Assembly: GCA_020696385.1 (NCBI GenBank)
Contig: JAEHCQ010000001.1
Location: 448,001 to 512,000 of the forward strand
Source: Methanobacteriota archaeon
GTDB lineage: Archaea > Thermoplasmatota > Thermoplasmata > SG8-5 > JAGLSY01
Direction: 5' to 3'
DNA: 64,000 bases
Shown in pieces: positions 1 to 10,368 of the stretch (position 1 is the first letter of the stretch; each line of letters opens with the position of its first letter). The position numbers and the translations under genes were made by a program. The notes beneath the pieces were generated by a model. The model made no database searches. It saw nothing but the letters and a program-made list of their open reading frames with translations, and was not told where the DNA came from.

Positions 1-1
1 C

Positions 2-295
2 AATGTGAAGGTGAGGTCCACCAGCACATTAGCTTCTGATACGAACAGCATGATCAGAAATATGCAGGCATTCCCTGCAGCAAATGTAAACATCAGCGTA
101 TGGGGAAATACCAGCCAAATTTTCAGCAACTGGATGGTAGCAGCGCCGATGAATGGAACGACGGCCCACGGGCCATGGGGTTCTGATTACAATGGTTACG
201 CAACTACAGACCTTCTCTGGTATGTGACCATTCCTGGTGGTACTTTAGAGGGAATCTACCAGGCGACCATCACCTTCAGGATCGGATATTATTAG
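2..295 (+). CDS. 3' end (partial) of secreted surface-protein paralog 1 of the tandem array
   Basis: Frame is open from the window edge. It ends VWGNTSQ...NGTTAHGPWGSD...VTIPGGTLEGIYQATITFRIGYY, the C-terminal signature of the six following genes. Confidence 0.85.
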   Translation, partial: NVKVRSTSTLASDTNSMIRNMQAFPAANVNISVWGNTSQIFSNWMVAAPMNGTTAHGPWGSDYNGYATTDLLWYVTIPGGTLEGIYQATITFRIGYY

Positions 296-301
296 GGGGA
301 T

Positions 302-3007
302 ATGATGAAAAAACTGATAACAATAACATTGTGCCTCCTGATGGCATTGTCCAGCCTGGGCTTTATTACACAGAATGCGGATGCGGAGAATTCCTCACTG
401 CCCTTCATGGATATGAGCACAGGATATCCTGGTCCGAACCAGGTTGTGGATCAGGAGCAGTTATTATCCAATAGGGGAACTGGACCAATAGGTCAAAGCT
501 TCTCTATGGCCTTTGCTGCCCAGAGAATTACTGTTGGAATCAATGGTGAGTTGGTAGAATTTAGTGTGTACATAGAATCCTTCACTGGCTCTGGTATTGT
601 ATACTACGATATACGAAGTGGAACATCCTCGGGGAGCTCTCTCATTGGAGGATTCCAAGGTGTATCAATATTGACCTTGACCAGCGGAACCTGGAACTCT
701 TTCACACTCCCTGCACCACTGTCTCTTTCATCTGGCCAAATGATCTATCTTGTATTGTCAGCAGATCCAGGAACCAACTTCCACTGGAAAATGGAAGACC
801 CTGGTCCTTATGGGGGAGGAGTTACATATGAATCAAATGATGATTCCACCTGGATATTGCTCAATGGTGGGAGTGGTGATTTCACTTTCAGAACCTACAT
901 GGAAGTTCCTCCAGCTATTGTTCCAAGCAAAGTGGCTTGGCACAGCAATGGTGAATATGCCGTTGCTGTAACTGGCATGGATGATGAAATATGGAAGTTC
1001 ACCAGAGAAACTGGTGCCTGGTCATCTCTAGGGCATATTGCTGCCGGAGCGGTCTACACAGATATCGTATATGACGATTTCACGGATTTCTTTTACTTTG
1101 TAGGATGGAAATCCACCAATAATCCATATGTTGTCAGGTACGTTGATGGCGGTGGTTTTTCAGACTGTAATGTTCCTCAAGTTGTGGGTACGCGCCTCTA
1201 TGGCGTGGAAGTTTGTGGTGGAGTTAATGGATACCGCATACTTGTCACCGGAGAAGATGGTGGTAATGGATATGCAGCTTGGTATAATGGAGGCTGGACC
1301 GAGATAAGGGGACTGGCCGGAGGCTGGGTCGGCGGAGAGGTTGCCCAGGTAGAAGATGCTGCATGGAATAAGAGAATCAATCCAGTAACTTCCAAGCATT
1401 ATCTTGTTGGAGATGATGATGAGAATACTGGCTTTGTCTATGAACTTGATGCTCCTGGTGATACTACAGTCACACGATTATATGCGACATATGCTGATAA
1501 GATAGACCATATGAATGCCATATCATGGAATCCTGGATGGGCAGATGGAGCAGAGTACGACTATGCCATAATGGCTGGAGCCAATACTCAGGGCTGGGGA
1601 AATATATGGAAATTCGATGGCACGAACAAGCCAATAACCATATCATCGACCACAGACACATTCAATGATGTCGCCTGGACAACAGATGGCACTATGGCCG
1701 TAATCGTTGGAGAGAGTCTCAGTAGTAATGGCAAAGTATTCCATCATGGTGCCGGAACCGACCTTTTGGTTGACATGACATCGGATCTTCCTGATGGAAC
1801 TGGCACATTGTTAGGTATCGCTTACAAGGGATACACAAGCCCAAGCTCTGGCATAATAGTCGGAGCCAGTGGTGGCACCGCGACATATCCATCGGCATCG
1901 GATTCACTGACGACCATAACAGTGAATGCGGCCTTCCCTCACAACTTCGACATCGGCATGTGGAAGACCAACGATAATAGCCGCGCATCCACTCTGAACA
2001 AACAGGTGGATGTGGAGGAGACCTACACCTTCTACACCGAGGTAAATTATTCTGTCGATGGAGTGGACCAGTTCTACGATGATGGAGTGGACAATGTGGT
2101 GGTTTCCCTCACAGCATGGTACGATGAGGGAGGCATTTCCCCGATCTCGCCGGCGTCTGATGACGAGCACAGGACCGGGAGGTTCAGGGTCAGGTGGCAT
2201 GAAGGGCCAGCTCCAGGTGCGGATTTCGCTAATATGTTTTATCCCATAGGGAGCCCTGGCACCGATGAGGTTCAGCTTCACAGTGCTGGCATAGAGGCAG
2301 GTCCAGGTGACCATTACTATATCTATATCAACGTGACCCTAGGCTCTCAATTGAGGGCGGCTGACGGCGGAGGCTCGTGGAATCCCTCAGGAGACATTTG
2401 GGACAATGGGTTCACAGGTTCCTTCAATGACCTGGATAGCTGGAATTTCAGAATGCGCATCTGGGACGATACTTACGTTGGAGCCGAGAATATCACGTAT
2501 GAAGAGTTTGGTATCTTCAGATTCACAAACATCACAGTAATAGGAAACCCTGGTGGGAACGCGCCTCCAGGAGCTAGTAATATAAGCCTGGGGAACAGCC
2601 AGATAACATGCTCTGCAAATATACCGTATTATGTAAATGTCTCACTTCCAAATCTGACAAGTGGAAGTTATGAGATCGAGGCCACCAATATCGCGGCCAG
2701 TCTTATTGGATCCTATCCCGCGGGTTTTGATTATGATCCTTACACGGAGATGAACACATCATGGGGTGCTTTTGGCAGGGCGTTTTCAGGAGCGAATGAG
2801 CAGAGGATGATATGGGGCAATGCTAGCCAGGCACCTGGTAATCAGATGTTGGCTGTGCCAAAGAATGGAACCACGGCTCATGGGCCGTGGGGCTCGGATT
2901 TTATTGGATTCGGGGCGACCCAAATCCAATGGTGGGCGAGCGTACCAGCCGCTACATATGAAGGCGTGTACACGGCGACAGTGACATTTAACATAGGAGA
3001 GTTTTGA
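302..3007 (+). CDS. Secreted surface protein paralog 2 (signal peptide, inserted jelly-roll-like domain, beta-propeller, two C-terminal beta-sandwich domains)
   Basis: 901 aa. MMKK plus hydrophobic stretch plus ADA|ENSS signal peptide; propeller-like repeats (KVAWH, FNDVAW..DG.MAVIVG); ends GVYTATVTFNIGEF; GGGGA RBS upstream. Confidence 0.85.
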   Translation: MMKKLITITLCLLMALSSLGFITQNADAENSSLPFMDMSTGYPGPNQVVDQEQLLSNRGTGPIGQSFSMAFAAQRITVGINGELVEFSVYIESFTGSGIVYYDIRSGTSSGSSLIGGFQGVSILTLTSGTWNSFTLPAPLSLSSGQMIYLVLSADPGTNFHWKMEDPGPYGGGVTYESNDDSTWILLNGGSGDFTFRTYMEVPPAIVPSKVAWHSNGEYAVAVTGMDDEIWKFTRETGAWSSLGHIAAGAVYTDIVYDDFTDFFYFVGWKSTNNPYVVRYVDGGGFSDCNVPQVVGTRLYGVEVCGGVNGYRILVTGEDGGNGYAAWYNGGWTEIRGLAGGWVGGEVAQVEDAAWNKRINPVTSKHYLVGDDDENTGFVYELDAPGDTTVTRLYATYADKIDHMNAISWNPGWADGAEYDYAIMAGANTQGWGNIWKFDGTNKPITISSTTDTFNDVAWTTDGTMAVIVGESLSSNGKVFHHGAGTDLLVDMTSDLPDGTGTLLGIAYKGYTSPSSGIIVGASGGTATYPSASDSLTTITVNAAFPHNFDIGMWKTNDNSRASTLNKQVDVEETYTFYTEVNYSVDGVDQFYDDGVDNVVVSLTAWYDEGGISPISPASDDEHRTGRFRVRWHEGPAPGADFANMFYPIGSPGTDEVQLHSAGIEAGPGDHYYIYINVTLGSQLRAADGGGSWNPSGDIWDNGFTGSFNDLDSWNFRMRIWDDTYVGAENITYEEFGIFRFTNITVIGNPGGNAPPGASNISLGNSQITCSANIPYYVNVSLPNLTSGSYEIEATNIAASLIGSYPAGFDYDPYTEMNTSWGAFGRAFSGANEQRMIWGNASQAPGNQMLAVPKNGTTAHGPWGSDFIGFGATQIQWWASVPAATYEGVYTATVTFNIGEF

Positions 3008-3008
3008 A

Positions 3009-6000
3009 ATGACTCAAAAGATAGCTAATTGGGCAAGCAAAAGAAGGACTCTGGCCGCGAGGAATTTCTCGCAGTCAGTCAGCCTTGCTATAGCTTTAGC
3101 TATCATGATAAGCTCCATATCGATGATCATTCCAACAAATGCCACTGCCTCCATATTCACAGATATCGAGGGGCCAGATGTCACATTCAAGGATGTTCTA
3201 TGGCATGAGGAACAGGATGTCGCAATAGCAGTGGGAAATGATTCTGTAGGTAATGGAGTTGCATACAGATATTCCGCAGACCAGGAACTATGGAGTGAGG
3301 TCTTGAATGTCTCAGGTGACAGTTACAATGCTGTTACCAAGACAGAACCTTACATCTGGCCAGATCTTGTAGAGAGTGGAGAGAATGGATGGACGACAAG
3401 CACATGGGATGCGGATGCCAGCATCAGCAGTCTTGTAAGCGAGTGGAAGTTCGAGGATGGGATAGGGACCAATGTGAATGATACCAGTGGAAATGGTCAT
3501 TTTGGAACTCTTGACCCCTTAATGGATAATTCCAACTGGGTAGATGGAATGAGTGGAAAGGCTCTGGAATTCCACAGTGCGGAAGCAAATGAAGAATTGA
3601 TCATACCAGATGTTGCTGGCTTGACCGAGGGATCCTTCTCTGGCGATTGCTGGGTCAACTTGACCACGCATCAAAGCTACGGCGGCATTGTGAATAAATA
3701 TGGAGGTGGGGGCTGGGGAATATGGGATCAGTCAGGCGGAGAGATCAGATTCTACCTGTATGATGGCTCAACCACCACCTCGGCAAATTCAGCCCCAATA
3801 TCCACGGGTGAATGGCATCATCTCGCCTGGAGCTATAATGAGACCTCGGGAATGATCTCCTTTTACATTGATGGAGATCTGGATTATTCTACTGCGAGCG
3901 TTAATCCTACTAGACATGTCACACCTATAGAGATAGGTAGCAGAGGAAATACCAACTGGTTAGATGGGAAGATAGACGAAGTGCGGATCTTCAATCGTGT
4001 TCTGACCTTGAAAGAGATATCCGATTATTACAATGATACCGTGTACAAGGTCGGAGAATGGAAATTGGACGAGGGGACTGGCAAGTTCACCAATGACACA
4101 GGCCCCAACAACTACATCGGAACCCTCAGACCCACCTATCCAACAAGCAATCCGCATTGGTCCGATGAAGCGATATCTGGCAAGGCCCTGTACTTCGATG
4201 GAGGGGATGACCGCGTTGAGACAGATTATCTTCCCAACACCTTCAACCTGCATGACCACACGGTCGAGGCATGGGTATATCCAACCCAGACAAAGACCAA
4301 CTCCGTTATTTATGGGATAGGTGAGCAAACCGTTAATGGTAAGATCTTAGAGTTGAAGATAGACAATGATGAAATTGAGGTCTGGCATTGGGGATGGAAT
4401 TGGTACACTGGCGTGTATGTGAATAATAATGAGTGGACCCACATTTCCTATTCTTACACGACTGCGAACAAGACCGGGTATTTATATGTCAATGGGCAAT
4501 ATCAAGGAAGCTTTGTCTTTGGCGGCTATCTGAATGTTCAGAATGATTTGAACAATCCCAGCCAGATAGGTATGAGCGTTTCAGGAAGGGTTTTCAAAGG
4601 CTACATCGATGAGGTCTCTATCTATAATTATTCAAGGCCAGGCTATCTCACGACTCGCGATTACAATGAGGATTTGTCCCACTACTACAGCTCACAGACC
4701 CTTATGGGCGACTGGAGGTTCGAAGATGGTGGTGGGGGTATCGCGACGGATGACAGTCAGTATGAAAGGGACGGAACGCTGGGCCCTTTCCCTCCCTCAA
4801 CCACACCGACCTGGACCGAAGGAAGAATTGGTGGGGGATTATACTTCGACGGGGTGAACAATGTACATACTGGCTATATACCCAACACATTCAACAACCA
4901 TGATCTCACCCTTGAAGCTTGGGTTAATCCAGATGCAGCCACTGCAGACCTTATTATCTATGGAATTGGGGATGAAAATAATCCGGGACAATGCTTCGAG
5001 ATCAAATTAAATCTAGGTGAATTAGAGGTCTGGCATTGGAATGATAATTGGGAAAATACAGGAATTTATCCTACGACCGGAGAATGGTCACACATTGCTT
5101 ATGTATATCAAAGTTCAACATGGACTGGTATGCTGTATCTTAATGGAGCTCCTGTTGGTACTTATTCATTCGCCAACCCATTGAACATTCAGGATGATTC
5201 ATATATTTCCGGACAGATAGGTGCCGGCTATCCTGACAGGTACTTCAGAGGTTACATTGACGAATTCAAGATATGGAACAGGATGCTGAATGATACCGAG
5301 ATCCTTGAATCATACAGGAGTGCTTTCACACCAGCCTGGCAGATAGTGAACCCTTCAACTTTGCCTGTTCCAGGCTCGGGAATAGACCATGGTAGTGCCA
5401 ATTCCCCCAGCAATATCTGGTGGTTCGGCCATAATGAGACCGGGAGCTATGATAATGGGGCAAAGGTATCAGGTAGCCTGATATCTCCCGCAGTTCAACT
5501 ACCCAGCATTTCACTTTGGGGAGCCATTGTCATGTCGCATTGGTTCGATATCGAGGATATTGGACCAAATGCCGATGTGATGACACTTTCCATAAAGAAC
5601 ACCACGGATTCCGATTGGTATCCTTTGAAAATCTGGGACAGTGATACCACACCGATCTCAAACTGGACTCAGGATATCATAGGTATAACACCCTGGCTAG
5701 GCAATCAGGTTCAGATCAATTTCACCTTTGACTCGATCGATGAGGATCTCAATGATTACGGTGGCTGGCATCTGGATGATATCGTATTCTACACAAGTGA
5801 AGCCTACATCGTAGTTGGAGAAATTCCCACAGGGTTAGGCTATTCCGCATATGCTGGTGACATAAGTGGATCATTCAGTCATATAGCAGGAATGAAATCG
5901 ATCAGCTTCAATGATGTGGCCGGTGGTAATATTCCAGCCACATTTGTCGCTGTTGGTGACAATGGAAAGGCCAGATACTGGAACAATGGTGCCTGGATAT

Positions 6001-7634
6001 CTCTATCAGGTATGAATCTTGATGATACTTTGACAGGGGTGGATTTCGATGGAAACAACTTCATCATTGTCGGATATGATATTTCCAATAATGGTGTTGT
6101 GTACTACATTACCGAAGCAAACCTGTATGGTGGTAGCACGATCCTCACACCAACCCCTTGGGCTCCATCTGTCAAATTGAATGCTATCGCTTGGCACAAT
6201 TATGTGAATGGTGGTCTGGTCTGTGCCGAGGGGGCTATGTATTTCCTCAACAGCACATGGGAATGGAAAGGGCCAATTGGCATTGATGCTTCAATGAATT
6301 ACACTGCGGCATCTTGGGATCCACAGGGTTTGAGAGCCATAATAGTTGGAAATACAGGAACAGGAAGCGCGGCCTTTGATATATATGCTGGAAACACGGA
6401 GATAACTCGTATACCGGATTATGATAATATATTCCTTAACCACAAGCTTTATGGCGCGGCATATCAAGAGAAACTTACGGGAGATGTGGAAGTACTTCTT
6501 GTAGGAGCCAGTGCTTTCTCAATATCACCAAAGGCCTTTGCTCAGAACACGCAGATCCTGGTCAATGTGGATTATCCCAGGATCTTTGATGTTGATTTCT
6601 TCAAGACAAGCGACCCTGGAACTTCACTGGTCAACAAACAGGTGGATGTACAGGAAACTTACACCTTCCGCACCGAGGTCAATTACACCCAGGGAGCCAC
6701 GGACCAACTATTCGATGGCATAAACAACACTGCCATCGATCTCATGGTCTGGTTCGATGATTCTGGAGTCAATGAAATGACCCTTCCTGGAATGGATGAT
6801 GTTCACCGGACCAGATACTTCAATGTGACATGGTTCGAGGGCGATGGAGGAGCGAATGTCGAGAATGCGATAGTGACCTATCCGATTAACAGTCCAGGCA
6901 CAGACGAGTTCCAGCTGGTGGGCTTCGGTAGCGGACCTGTCGCGGGAGATCATTGGTGGATAGAGTTGGAGATATACTTCGGACCTCAAACAAGAGCGGC
7001 AGATGGCCAGGGCTTTGCAAATGGGGACTCTACCAATGAGAGCGATATATTCCAGTCATTCACAGACCCAGATTCTTGGAACTTCATGATGGAGATTTAC
7101 GACACCACATTCACAACTGCTTCGAGCAAGGGCTATGAGGAGTTCGGTGTCTTCAAATACACGAATATCACAGTATCTGGAAACCCGTCTGGAAATTCAC
7201 CACCGGGAACCAGTGACAATGCCATTGGCTCAAGCACGGTGACCTTCTCGGCCAATGTGCCTTACTACGTCAATGTTTCAATTCCCGACCTTGCAAGGGT
7301 CGGCGGTGGAGGAAGTATAGCTGCCACCTATATCGCGGCTTCATCAGCAAGCCCATTGGCAAATAACACAAATTGCGGGATGAACAGCACCTGGATCTAC
7401 GGCAAGCCGTTCCCAGGAGCATATCAGAACCTGAGTGTCTGGGGGAATACAAGCCAGCCCTTTACGGATTGGTATGTGCCCGCACCGGACAATGGAACAG
7501 CGGCCCACGGGCCATGGGGCTCCGATTTCAATGCTAACGGAGCCACCATAGTCGATTGGTTCGCCAGTGTCCCTGGAGGAACTGGCGAAGGAATTTACCG
7601 AGCGACTATCACATTCAAAATAGGATACTACTAG
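3009..7634 (+). CDS. Large secreted surface protein paralog 3 with three LamG/concanavalin-like domains and a MAM/cleaved-adhesin-like domain inserted in the propeller
   Basis: 1541 aa. Three LamG-like units (W(K/R)(F/L)(E/D).G.G...DxS.....GT...GKAL.F / WxH+A.+Y / G.IDE+.I+N), an SLISP...WHLDDI segment, and the shared C-terminal domains ending GIYRATITFKIGYY. Confidence 0.85.
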   Translation: MTQKIANWASKRRTLAARNFSQSVSLAIALAIMISSISMIIPTNATASIFTDIEGPDVTFKDVLWHEEQDVAIAVGNDSVGNGVAYRYSADQELWSEVLNVSGDSYNAVTKTEPYIWPDLVESGENGWTTSTWDADASISSLVSEWKFEDGIGTNVNDTSGNGHFGTLDPLMDNSNWVDGMSGKALEFHSAEANEELIIPDVAGLTEGSFSGDCWVNLTTHQSYGGIVNKYGGGGWGIWDQSGGEIRFYLYDGSTTTSANSAPISTGEWHHLAWSYNETSGMISFYIDGDLDYSTASVNPTRHVTPIEIGSRGNTNWLDGKIDEVRIFNRVLTLKEISDYYNDTVYKVGEWKLDEGTGKFTNDTGPNNYIGTLRPTYPTSNPHWSDEAISGKALYFDGGDDRVETDYLPNTFNLHDHTVEAWVYPTQTKTNSVIYGIGEQTVNGKILELKIDNDEIEVWHWGWNWYTGVYVNNNEWTHISYSYTTANKTGYLYVNGQYQGSFVFGGYLNVQNDLNNPSQIGMSVSGRVFKGYIDEVSIYNYSRPGYLTTRDYNEDLSHYYSSQTLMGDWRFEDGGGGIATDDSQYERDGTLGPFPPSTTPTWTEGRIGGGLYFDGVNNVHTGYIPNTFNNHDLTLEAWVNPDAATADLIIYGIGDENNPGQCFEIKLNLGELEVWHWNDNWENTGIYPTTGEWSHIAYVYQSSTWTGMLYLNGAPVGTYSFANPLNIQDDSYISGQIGAGYPDRYFRGYIDEFKIWNRMLNDTEILESYRSAFTPAWQIVNPSTLPVPGSGIDHGSANSPSNIWWFGHNETGSYDNGAKVSGSLISPAVQLPSISLWGAIVMSHWFDIEDIGPNADVMTLSIKNTTDSDWYPLKIWDSDTTPISNWTQDIIGITPWLGNQVQINFTFDSIDEDLNDYGGWHLDDIVFYTSEAYIVVGEIPTGLGYSAYAGDISGSFSHIAGMKSISFNDVAGGNIPATFVAVGDNGKARYWNNGAWISLSGMNLDDTLTGVDFDGNNFIIVGYDISNNGVVYYITEANLYGGSTILTPTPWAPSVKLNAIAWHNYVNGGLVCAEGAMYFLNSTWEWKGPIGIDASMNYTAASWDPQGLRAIIVGNTGTGSAAFDIYAGNTEITRIPDYDNIFLNHKLYGAAYQEKLTGDVEVLLVGASAFSISPKAFAQNTQILVNVDYPRIFDVDFFKTSDPGTSLVNKQVDVQETYTFRTEVNYTQGATDQLFDGINNTAIDLMVWFDDSGVNEMTLPGMDDVHRTRYFNVTWFEGDGGANVENAIVTYPINSPGTDEFQLVGFGSGPVAGDHWWIELEIYFGPQTRAADGQGFANGDSTNESDIFQSFTDPDSWNFMMEIYDTTFTTASSKGYEEFGVFKYTNITVSGNPSGNSPPGTSDNAIGSSTVTFSANVPYYVNVSIPDLARVGGGGSIAATYIAASSASPLANNTNCGMNSTWIYGKPFPGAYQNLSVWGNTSQPFTDWYVPAPDNGTAAHGPWGSDFNANGATIVDWFASVPGGTGEGIYRATITFKIGYY

Positions 7635-7644
7635 AACGGAGGAG

Positions 7645-10350
7645 ATGGAGATGAATGGAGCAAAGAAAATATTGGCCATGATGGTGATGATCACCATGGT
7701 CAGTGCAGGCTTGATAATCGTGTCGCCACAGGCGACAGTCAGTGCAGAGAATTCTTCCTCGCAATTCGCACTGCTCATGGATGGATACCCGCAAGTCGCA
7801 GGGGCAAATGATGCCATGCAGCTTATGTTCTCAGCACCAATTACAGTTTCCAATGCTAACTGGCGATCGCAATCCTTCAGACCAACTGTAAATGGCGATT
7901 TGACCACGATCTCATTGAATATCTGGCAAAATGGAGGAAATGGCATGGTGCTCGTTGATATCTACAACACAGATCAGGCTGAAAAACCTATACCTGGAAA
8001 CGTTATTGCCAGCGAGTCCATCCCTTCAGCCAGCCTTAGTGCCACTGCAGACAACTGGTTCGATATCACATTCTCCACACCTGCAACACTCACAGCAGGT
8101 ACTGAATATGCTATTGTGGTACACCCAGATCCATCCTGTGGGATCTACTGGTACTATTATTCGAGTAATGTGTACATTCCTGGTGGAGTATCTTTCTGTG
8201 TGGACGGAAGCGGCTTCACATGGAACACCAACCCAAGTGTCGAAATGGCATTCTTGACATACATGGAACAGCCAGCAATCACTCCCACCAAGGTAGCCTG
8301 GCATGAGAATGGTGAATACGCACTGGCAGTCAATGGTGTTGATGAGACGATCTACAAGTTCGACAGGCAATCCTCTGCCTGGAGCACATTGGGATACACA
8401 TTCCCCTCCATCGTATTCAATGATGTCACCTATGACCCAGCCTTCGGTGAGTTCTATCTCGTAGGAGTGGATACAAGTGTATCACGACCTCATGCCTATT
8501 ATTATGATGGTTCCAACATCTGGAACATAGGAACCCCTAGTGCTCAAACCGGGGAGTTCCACGCAGTGACTGCTATTGGTGGCGATTCCTCATACAAATT
8601 CCTGGCAGTTGGTGAAAGAACAGGCGGATGGGGTTATGCCGCCTGGTATAGGGATGGTTTTGGATGGATAGAGGTTTTAAGCGATTGGAGTGGTGGAGTC
8701 ACTGAGACCTTATATGATGTTACATGGAACCAGCAGACCGGCGCTCCCAACAGATGTTATGGTGTGGGAGAGGATGGAAATAGCCATGGCTTCGTATTCA
8801 CACTCCAATTGGGAACCACGAACGCCTTGAGAGAATACACCTATGATAGCGATTCTCAGTTCATGGAGCCGCAGCATTCCATTGCATGGAATCCTGGATG
8901 GGACCTGGGTGCTGAATTTGACTATGCCCTGATAGGTGCGAGCACGTTCATGGGCTATGGGAATGTGCTCAAGTTCGATGGTTCGTCCCCACCCGATGTG
9001 ATCACGGACATTTCAGATACGATATATGACATTGCATGGAAGCCAGACGGCGAGATGGCCATATTGGTCGGCGAAAACTCTGGTAATGAAGGGGTAGTCT
9101 ACTATCATCCAGTAGGATCTGAGGAACTCCTCCCTCAGGACATGGAGGCTCCCGCCATATTCGGAGTAGCTTACAAGGGATATACCAGCCCCAGCTCGGC
9201 CATCATGGTCAGCTCCGGTGGATCTATAGCAGCCTATCCATCAGCGACCGATATTGGCACAACGATCACAGTGAATTCCGCTTTCCCCCACAGCTTTGAT
9301 ATCGATATGTGGAAAACCAGTGATGCTGGCCGAGCTTCAAAATTGAATACACAGGTGAATGTGGAAACAACTTACACATTCATGACCGAAGTGAACTACA
9401 GCGTGAACGGTATCGATCAGTTCTATGCGGATGGCGAGCAGGATGTATGGATATTGCTAACTGCCTGGTATGATGATGGTCTTACTCCATCACCAGACCC
9501 GGATGATACAGATTATAATCGAACAAAGAATTTCCAGGCTATATGGCAGGAAGGAGCGGTCATAGGGGCCGACACTGCAGGAATGGTATACCCTGGTGTA
9601 AGCCCGGGAACAGATGAAGTTCAATTTGACAGCGCTGGCATCGAAGCTGGACCTGATGATCATTACTATGTCTACATCAACCTGACCCTTGGGCCACAAC
9701 TCTGGGCAGGGGATGGTCAGGGATTCACCAATGGGGCAGCTCCAGACATCAATGATGGAGCCACTGCTTTCAATGATCCAGATTCATGGGATTTTGTAAT
9801 GACCATTGTTGATATCAATTACATGGATGCTGTGAATTCGTCATTTGAAGAGTTTGGATTATTCAGATTCACCAATATCACGGTGTCTGGCAATCCATCT
9901 GGAAACGCACTTCCAGGTTCTGTGAATAATGGCCTAGGAGCTAGCCAGATCGCAGTTTCTTCCAATATCCCATACTACGTGAATGTCTCGATACCCCGGC
10001 TGAATATGACAACGGATGATTCGAAATTCATACCTGCCAGCAGTGTCAATGTTTCTCTTACTAGTGCATTCGCTAACAATACGAACACCCAGATGAACGG
10101 ATCGTGGGGGGTCTTTGGAAGAGCCTTACCAGGAGCGAATCAACAGCTGGGAGTATGGGGTAATGCAAGTCTGGCACAATCTTTCTGGACTGTGCCAGCA
10201 CCTTTGAACAGTACAACGGCCCACGGGCCGCAAGGTGAGGATTTCCAAGGACTTGGAGATACCTTTGTCCAATGGTATGTCAATGTGCCAGGGGCGACGG
10301 CTGAAGGAACCTATCAGGCGACGATCACCTTCAGGATAGGATATTATTGA
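7645..10350 (+). CDS. Secreted surface protein paralog 4
   Basis: 901 aa. Signal peptide VSA|ENSS; SQSFRPT..G.L jelly-roll-like insert; propeller repeats; ends GTYQATITFRIGYY; GGAGG RBS. Confidence 0.85.
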   Translation: MEMNGAKKILAMMVMITMVSAGLIIVSPQATVSAENSSSQFALLMDGYPQVAGANDAMQLMFSAPITVSNANWRSQSFRPTVNGDLTTISLNIWQNGGNGMVLVDIYNTDQAEKPIPGNVIASESIPSASLSATADNWFDITFSTPATLTAGTEYAIVVHPDPSCGIYWYYYSSNVYIPGGVSFCVDGSGFTWNTNPSVEMAFLTYMEQPAITPTKVAWHENGEYALAVNGVDETIYKFDRQSSAWSTLGYTFPSIVFNDVTYDPAFGEFYLVGVDTSVSRPHAYYYDGSNIWNIGTPSAQTGEFHAVTAIGGDSSYKFLAVGERTGGWGYAAWYRDGFGWIEVLSDWSGGVTETLYDVTWNQQTGAPNRCYGVGEDGNSHGFVFTLQLGTTNALREYTYDSDSQFMEPQHSIAWNPGWDLGAEFDYALIGASTFMGYGNVLKFDGSSPPDVITDISDTIYDIAWKPDGEMAILVGENSGNEGVVYYHPVGSEELLPQDMEAPAIFGVAYKGYTSPSSAIMVSSGGSIAAYPSATDIGTTITVNSAFPHSFDIDMWKTSDAGRASKLNTQVNVETTYTFMTEVNYSVNGIDQFYADGEQDVWILLTAWYDDGLTPSPDPDDTDYNRTKNFQAIWQEGAVIGADTAGMVYPGVSPGTDEVQFDSAGIEAGPDDHYYVYINLTLGPQLWAGDGQGFTNGAAPDINDGATAFNDPDSWDFVMTIVDINYMDAVNSSFEEFGLFRFTNITVSGNPSGNALPGSVNNGLGASQIAVSSNIPYYVNVSIPRLNMTTDDSKFIPASSVNVSLTSAFANNTNTQMNGSWGVFGRALPGANQQLGVWGNASLAQSFWTVPAPLNSTTAHGPQGEDFQGLGDTFVQWYVNVPGATAEGTYQATITFRIGYY

Positions 10351-10368
10351 GGTTGAGGAGGTGAAAAA

